DNA of 64,000 nucleotides from Promethearchaeota archaeon (GTDB lineage Archaea; Asgardarchaeota; Lokiarchaeia; Sigyniarchaeales; SOKP01): NCBI GenBank assembly GCA_016840085.1, contig JAEOTA010000004.1, positions 160,001 to 224,000 of the forward strand, read 5' to 3'. Shown piece by piece: positions 60,749 to 64,000 of this stretch (position 1 is its first letter; each line of letters starts with the position of its first letter). The notes under the pieces were generated by a model. It saw only the letters and a program-made list of their open reading frames with translations, ran no database searches and was not told where the DNA came from. The position numbers and the translations under genes were made by a program.

Positions 60749-63700
60749 CTACTTTTTTAATAACTCTAATACCCTTTTCTTTCTTTCTTCTCTTCTCGCA
60801 GCAATTCTCGCTTTAAGGCGCTCCATTTCATCATCTTCGGCATCTTCTTCCATTTCAGGTTTTTTCCCCAGCTTTTTTCTAAATTCATTAATTTTATTAT
60901 CAATTTCCTTAATGAATTTCTTATCTATTCTAACATTCTTGAGATTAAATTTAGCCTCAGTTAATTCTGAAATTGCTTTCATGAAACGATTATTTGATAA
61001 GGAAATTTGAGCGTTATCTAATGCTTTATATGCTGATTCATATTTTTCATATTTTTCAATCTCAGAGAAATCTTCTAATGTAATTAATGGAATCTGTGCT
61101 TGAGCAATAATGTTATTAATTTGGTTAGAAATTTTTTCAATTTCATCTTCATTTCCTAATTTCTTCAATCTTGTGACTTCTTGTTTAAATAATAGTATTG
61201 CTTCATTATATCTGAAATTTTCGATGAATTTTTCAGCTTTTCTCAACCTGATCTTTATCTTTTTGCCAACTTCTTCCTTTTTAAGTTTACGCTTATCTTC
61301 TATTTTCTGTTTTTCAAGTTCTCTGCGTTTTCTCTCAGCTTCTTCTTTTAGTTTCTCCATTTCCACTTCATCCTCAGCTTTTTTCATTTTGAAATCTTCG
61401 AGAATTTCAAATTTTTTCATTTCTCTTTTGAGTTTAAACAACAGTTCATTGTTTATCCTAGAGACCTCTCGTTTCCATGAAATTTTATTAAACAATTTTC
61501 GTGCTTCAATATACTTTTCATAAGCTTCATCAAACTTATTACGTTCTAGTAAAGCAGTACCTTGTTCCAGAAGCTCGTAAGCCTCTCCTGAGACTTCTCT
61601 TTCCCATTCTTTCTCCCTTTGAATTTTTAAGAATTCTTTTCTCTTTTCTTCTTGATACAATTTCCTCAAATCTTCAGCTTTAGCTAATTTCTCTTCTAAT
61701 TTTTCTTCTATTTTTACTTTTTCAACTCTTCTTTCTTCTATGGTTTTCTGTTCAAGCCCAAGTGCTTCCTTTCTTTTTTTAATCATTATAATTGAATCAT
61801 TGACCATTTTAATTCCCTCTCGCCAATCTATATCAGAGAATATTTCTTCGCTTGCCTTGTAAAGTTCAATAGCTTTTTCAAATTTATTTTCTTGTAATTC
61901 TTTCTTAGCGAGATCCATTAGATTAAATGCCCTATCCTTTGCTGATTCAAATTCGCTTACCTTTTCCTTTTGTAAAAGGATAGCTTCTTCTTTTTGTTTC
62001 AGAAATCTTTCTTGTTCCTCTCTTGCTTGTTCAAGTAATTTTTGTTGGATTAAAAGTTCTTGTTCTCGTTTCTCTTCCTTTTTAATCTCCAAGGCACGCA
62101 ATTTTTTATCTTTATCTAACTTTTCTTTATAAAATTGTATTGTATTGATAAGTTTCATTGATTCTTCCATCCAACCAATTTCTTCAAAATCTTTTCTAGC
62201 ATCACGATATATTTTAAGAATATCTTCATATGGCGCCTCTTGATCAAAAACACCCTCTTTTATTTTTATCTCGTATTCTTGTGCCATTCTTTCTGCTTTG
62301 TGTATTTTATTGAATATCTTTTCTGCTAATTTAGCCTTATCTTTCTTTCTTTTTTCAAATTCTAAAATCTTCTCTTCTCTTGCAAGTAATTCTTTTTCAG
62401 TATCAACTTTTGCTGTTATTAATTCTGTTTGTGGCTCCTCTAATTTCTTTTTCTCGATTTCTCTTAATTTTTCATCTTTATCTTTCTTTTCTCTGTAGAA
62501 TTTAATAGTATTAATTAAACGATTAGCTTCATCATTCCAGCCAATTTTTTGGAATAATTTTTGAGCTTCTTCATAATTTGCAATAGCTTTGTTGTAAGGG
62601 CTTTCATACAGTAAAACATCTGTTTTAATATTTAATTCATAATTTTTAACTAACTTTTCAGCTCCGTCTATAAGATTCATAGCTTGGTCCAATAATATAT
62701 CTTCTTCCTTATATCCAACTTCAATTTCTTTTATTTTTTCAGGCTTATAAGGTTTAACTTCTCTTTTCCCTACTTTACGCATTTCTTCTAATTGTTTGTC
62801 TCTCTCTCTTTTCTGAGCTTCTACTTCGAGTAATTTTTCATAATTCTCTAATTTATCTTGATATATTTTTATTTGGTTAGCATAAATTTTTGCTTGTTCT
62901 CCCCAACCTTTCTCTAATACTTTTTTTCTAATTTCGTTATAAATATCTATGATTTCAGCATAAGGGGTTTGCTCAATTATCTTACCTTTTTTCATAGCTT
63001 TTTTCATAGCACGTTCATAATCTCTTTCCATCCTTTCAGCCTTATTAATCAAATCAGAAATAAGTGTCTCAAATTCTTCCTCTCCCCTTTTTCTTTCAAT
63101 AGCTTTTAGTCTACTTTCATCCATTTCTGACTTTCGCTCTACCTTGTAGATTTGTTCTACTTGTTTTTCTCTCTCCACCTTCTGAGCTTCTACTTCAAGT
63201 AATTTTTCATGGTTCTCTAATTTATCTTGATATATTTTTATTTGGTTAGTATATATTATTGATTGCTCTGTCCACCCTCTTTCCAACACTAAATCTTTGA
63301 TTTGCTTGTAAATCTCAATGATTTCGAGATAAGGGGTTTGCTCAATTATCTTACCTTTTTTCATAGCTTTTTTCATAGCACGTTCATAATCTCTTTCCAT
63401 CCTTTCAGCCTTATTAATTAAATCAGAAATAGATTTCTCAAATTCCTCTTCTTCCTTTTTTCTTTCCATAACTTTTAGTCTTCCTTCATCCATTTCTGAC
63501 TTTCGCTCTACCTTGTACATTTGTTCTACTTGTTTTTCTCTTTCTCCTTTCTGAGCTTCTACTTCGAGTAATCTATCATATTTATTTAATTTCTCTTGAT
63601 ACAATTTTATTTGATTAGTATATATTATTGATTGCTCTGTCCACCCTCTTTCCAACACTAAATCCTTGATTTGCTTGTAAATCTCAATGATTTCGAGGTA

Positions 63701-64000
63701 AGGAATGTGTTCAATTATCTCTCCTTTTTTCATAGCTACTTTCATAGCCCTTTCAAAATCTTTTTCCATCCTTTCAGCCTTATTAATCATTTCAGAAATA
63801 AGTGTCTCAAATTCCTCTTCTTCCTTTTTTCTTTCTATAACTTTTAGTCTTCCTTCATCAATTTCTGACTTTCGCTCTACCTTGTACATTTGTTCTACTT
63901 GTTTTTCTCTCTCTCCTTTCTGAGCTTCTACTTCAAGTAATTTTTCATGTTTCTCTAATTTGTCTTGATATATTTTAATTTGATTAGCGTATATCCTAGC
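60749..64000 (-). CDS. giant charged helical-repeat protein (5' end beyond the window)
   Basis: Frame is open from 64000; recurring module Y..II.IY......F...GW.........I..Y..K joined by Glu/Lys coiled coils. Confidence 0.9.
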   Translation of the reverse strand, partial: ARIYANQIKIYQDKLEKHEKLLEVEAQKGEREKQVEQMYKVERKSEIDEGRLKVIERKKEEEEFETLISEMINKAERMEKDFERAMKVAMKKGEIIEHIPYLEIIEIYKQIKDLVLERGWTEQSIIYTNQIKLYQEKLNKYDRLLEVEAQKGEREKQVEQMYKVERKSEMDEGRLKVMERKKEEEEFEKSISDLINKAERMERDYERAMKKAMKKGKIIEQTPYLEIIEIYKQIKDLVLERGWTEQSIIYTNQIKIYQDKLENHEKLLEVEAQKVEREKQVEQIYKVERKSEMDESRLKAIERKRGEEEFETLISDLINKAERMERDYERAMKKAMKKGKIIEQTPYAEIIDIYNEIRKKVLEKGWGEQAKIYANQIKIYQDKLENYEKLLEVEAQKRERDKQLEEMRKVGKREVKPYKPEKIKEIEVGYKEEDILLDQAMNLIDGAEKLVKNYELNIKTDVLLYESPYNKAIANYEEAQKLFQKIGWNDEANRLINTIKFYREKKDKDEKLREIEKKKLEEPQTELITAKVDTEKELLAREEKILEFEKRKKDKAKLAEKIFNKIHKAERMAQEYEIKIKEGVFDQEAPYEDILKIYRDARKDFEEIGWMEESMKLINTIQFYKEKLDKDKKLRALEIKKEEKREQELLIQQKLLEQAREEQERFLKQKEEAILLQKEKVSEFESAKDRAFNLMDLAKKELQENKFEKAIELYKASEEIFSDIDWREGIKMVNDSIIMIKKRKEALGLEQKTIEERRVEKVKIEEKLEEKLAKAEDLRKLYQEEKRKEFLKIQREKEWEREVSGEAYELLEQGTALLERNKFDEAYEKYIEARKLFNKISWKREVSRINNELLFKLKREMKKFEILEDFKMKKAEDEVEMEKLKEEAERKRRELEKQKIEDKRKLKKEEVGKKIKIRLRKAEKFIENFRYNEAILLFKQEVTRLKKLGNEDEIEKISNQINNIIAQAQIPLITLEDFSEIEKYEKYESAYKALDNAQISLSNNRFMKAISELTEAKFNLKNVRIDKKFIKEIDNKINEFRKKLGKKPEMEEDAEDDEMERLKARIAARREERKKRVLELLKK
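62783..64000 (-). repeat. 369-bp (123-aa) intragenic tandem repeat, 3 full units plus a partial unit
   Basis: Equivalent codons at 63889, 63520, 63151 and 62782 are exactly 369 bp apart; long near-identical stretches. Confidence 0.95.

Noticed and set aside
6979-63923. Many antisense or overlapping ORFs in the track (e.g. 9361-9804, 12680-13084, 27339-27740, 29084-29380, 42151-42414, 61110-61523)
   Set aside because: Shadows of well-supported genes or low-complexity AT-rich frames with no motifs.
62783-64000. Repeats as a CRISPR array or non-coding satellite
   Set aside because: Units are 369 bp, in frame and coding, with no spacers.

Overview
AT-rich archaeal chromosome segment, most likely an Asgard archaeon of the Lokiarchaeia/Promethearchaeota group. 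This is inferred from a Loki-CTERM-type surface protein, TFB, an archaeal RFC cluster, LRR and giant helical-repeat proteins, and expanded FAD/Fe-S oxidoreductases. Most of the window is metabolic or housekeeping: corrinoid protein plus methyltransferase, GH4 glycosidase, ABC exporter, AOR, pyk, cyclodeaminase/dehydratase pair, TlpA/CcdA, grpE-dnaK-dnaJ-tfb, class II fba, FixC/X-like pair, GlcD/GlcF-like lipid-associated cluster, PadR/MFS, pepT, ECF-S and a three-gene RFC operon. Accessory parts are: (i) a decayed island at ~24.7-28.1 kb with an RNase III pseudogene, a GIY-YIG-like fragment and an LRR protein; (ii) two diverged, oppositely oriented TnpB-only IS200/IS605 elements with a rearranged RuvC site, bracketing ~3 kb of metabolic genes; (iii) a tyrosine-integrase deletion scar at ~40.4-41.3 kb; (iv) a giant protein with 369-bp tandem repeats running off the right edge. 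Best leads are an RFC5-like catalytically degenerate third clamp-loader subunit, an unrecognised palindrome at the grpE-dnaK-dnaJ-tfb promoter, the inverted TnpB pair with a permuted 20-mer at its outer flanks, a possible nuclease-tip/LRR conflict pair, and apparent ATC/ATT/ATA starts. No rRNA, tRNA or CRISPR array was seen. All calls come from reading motifs by eye; no database searches were run.
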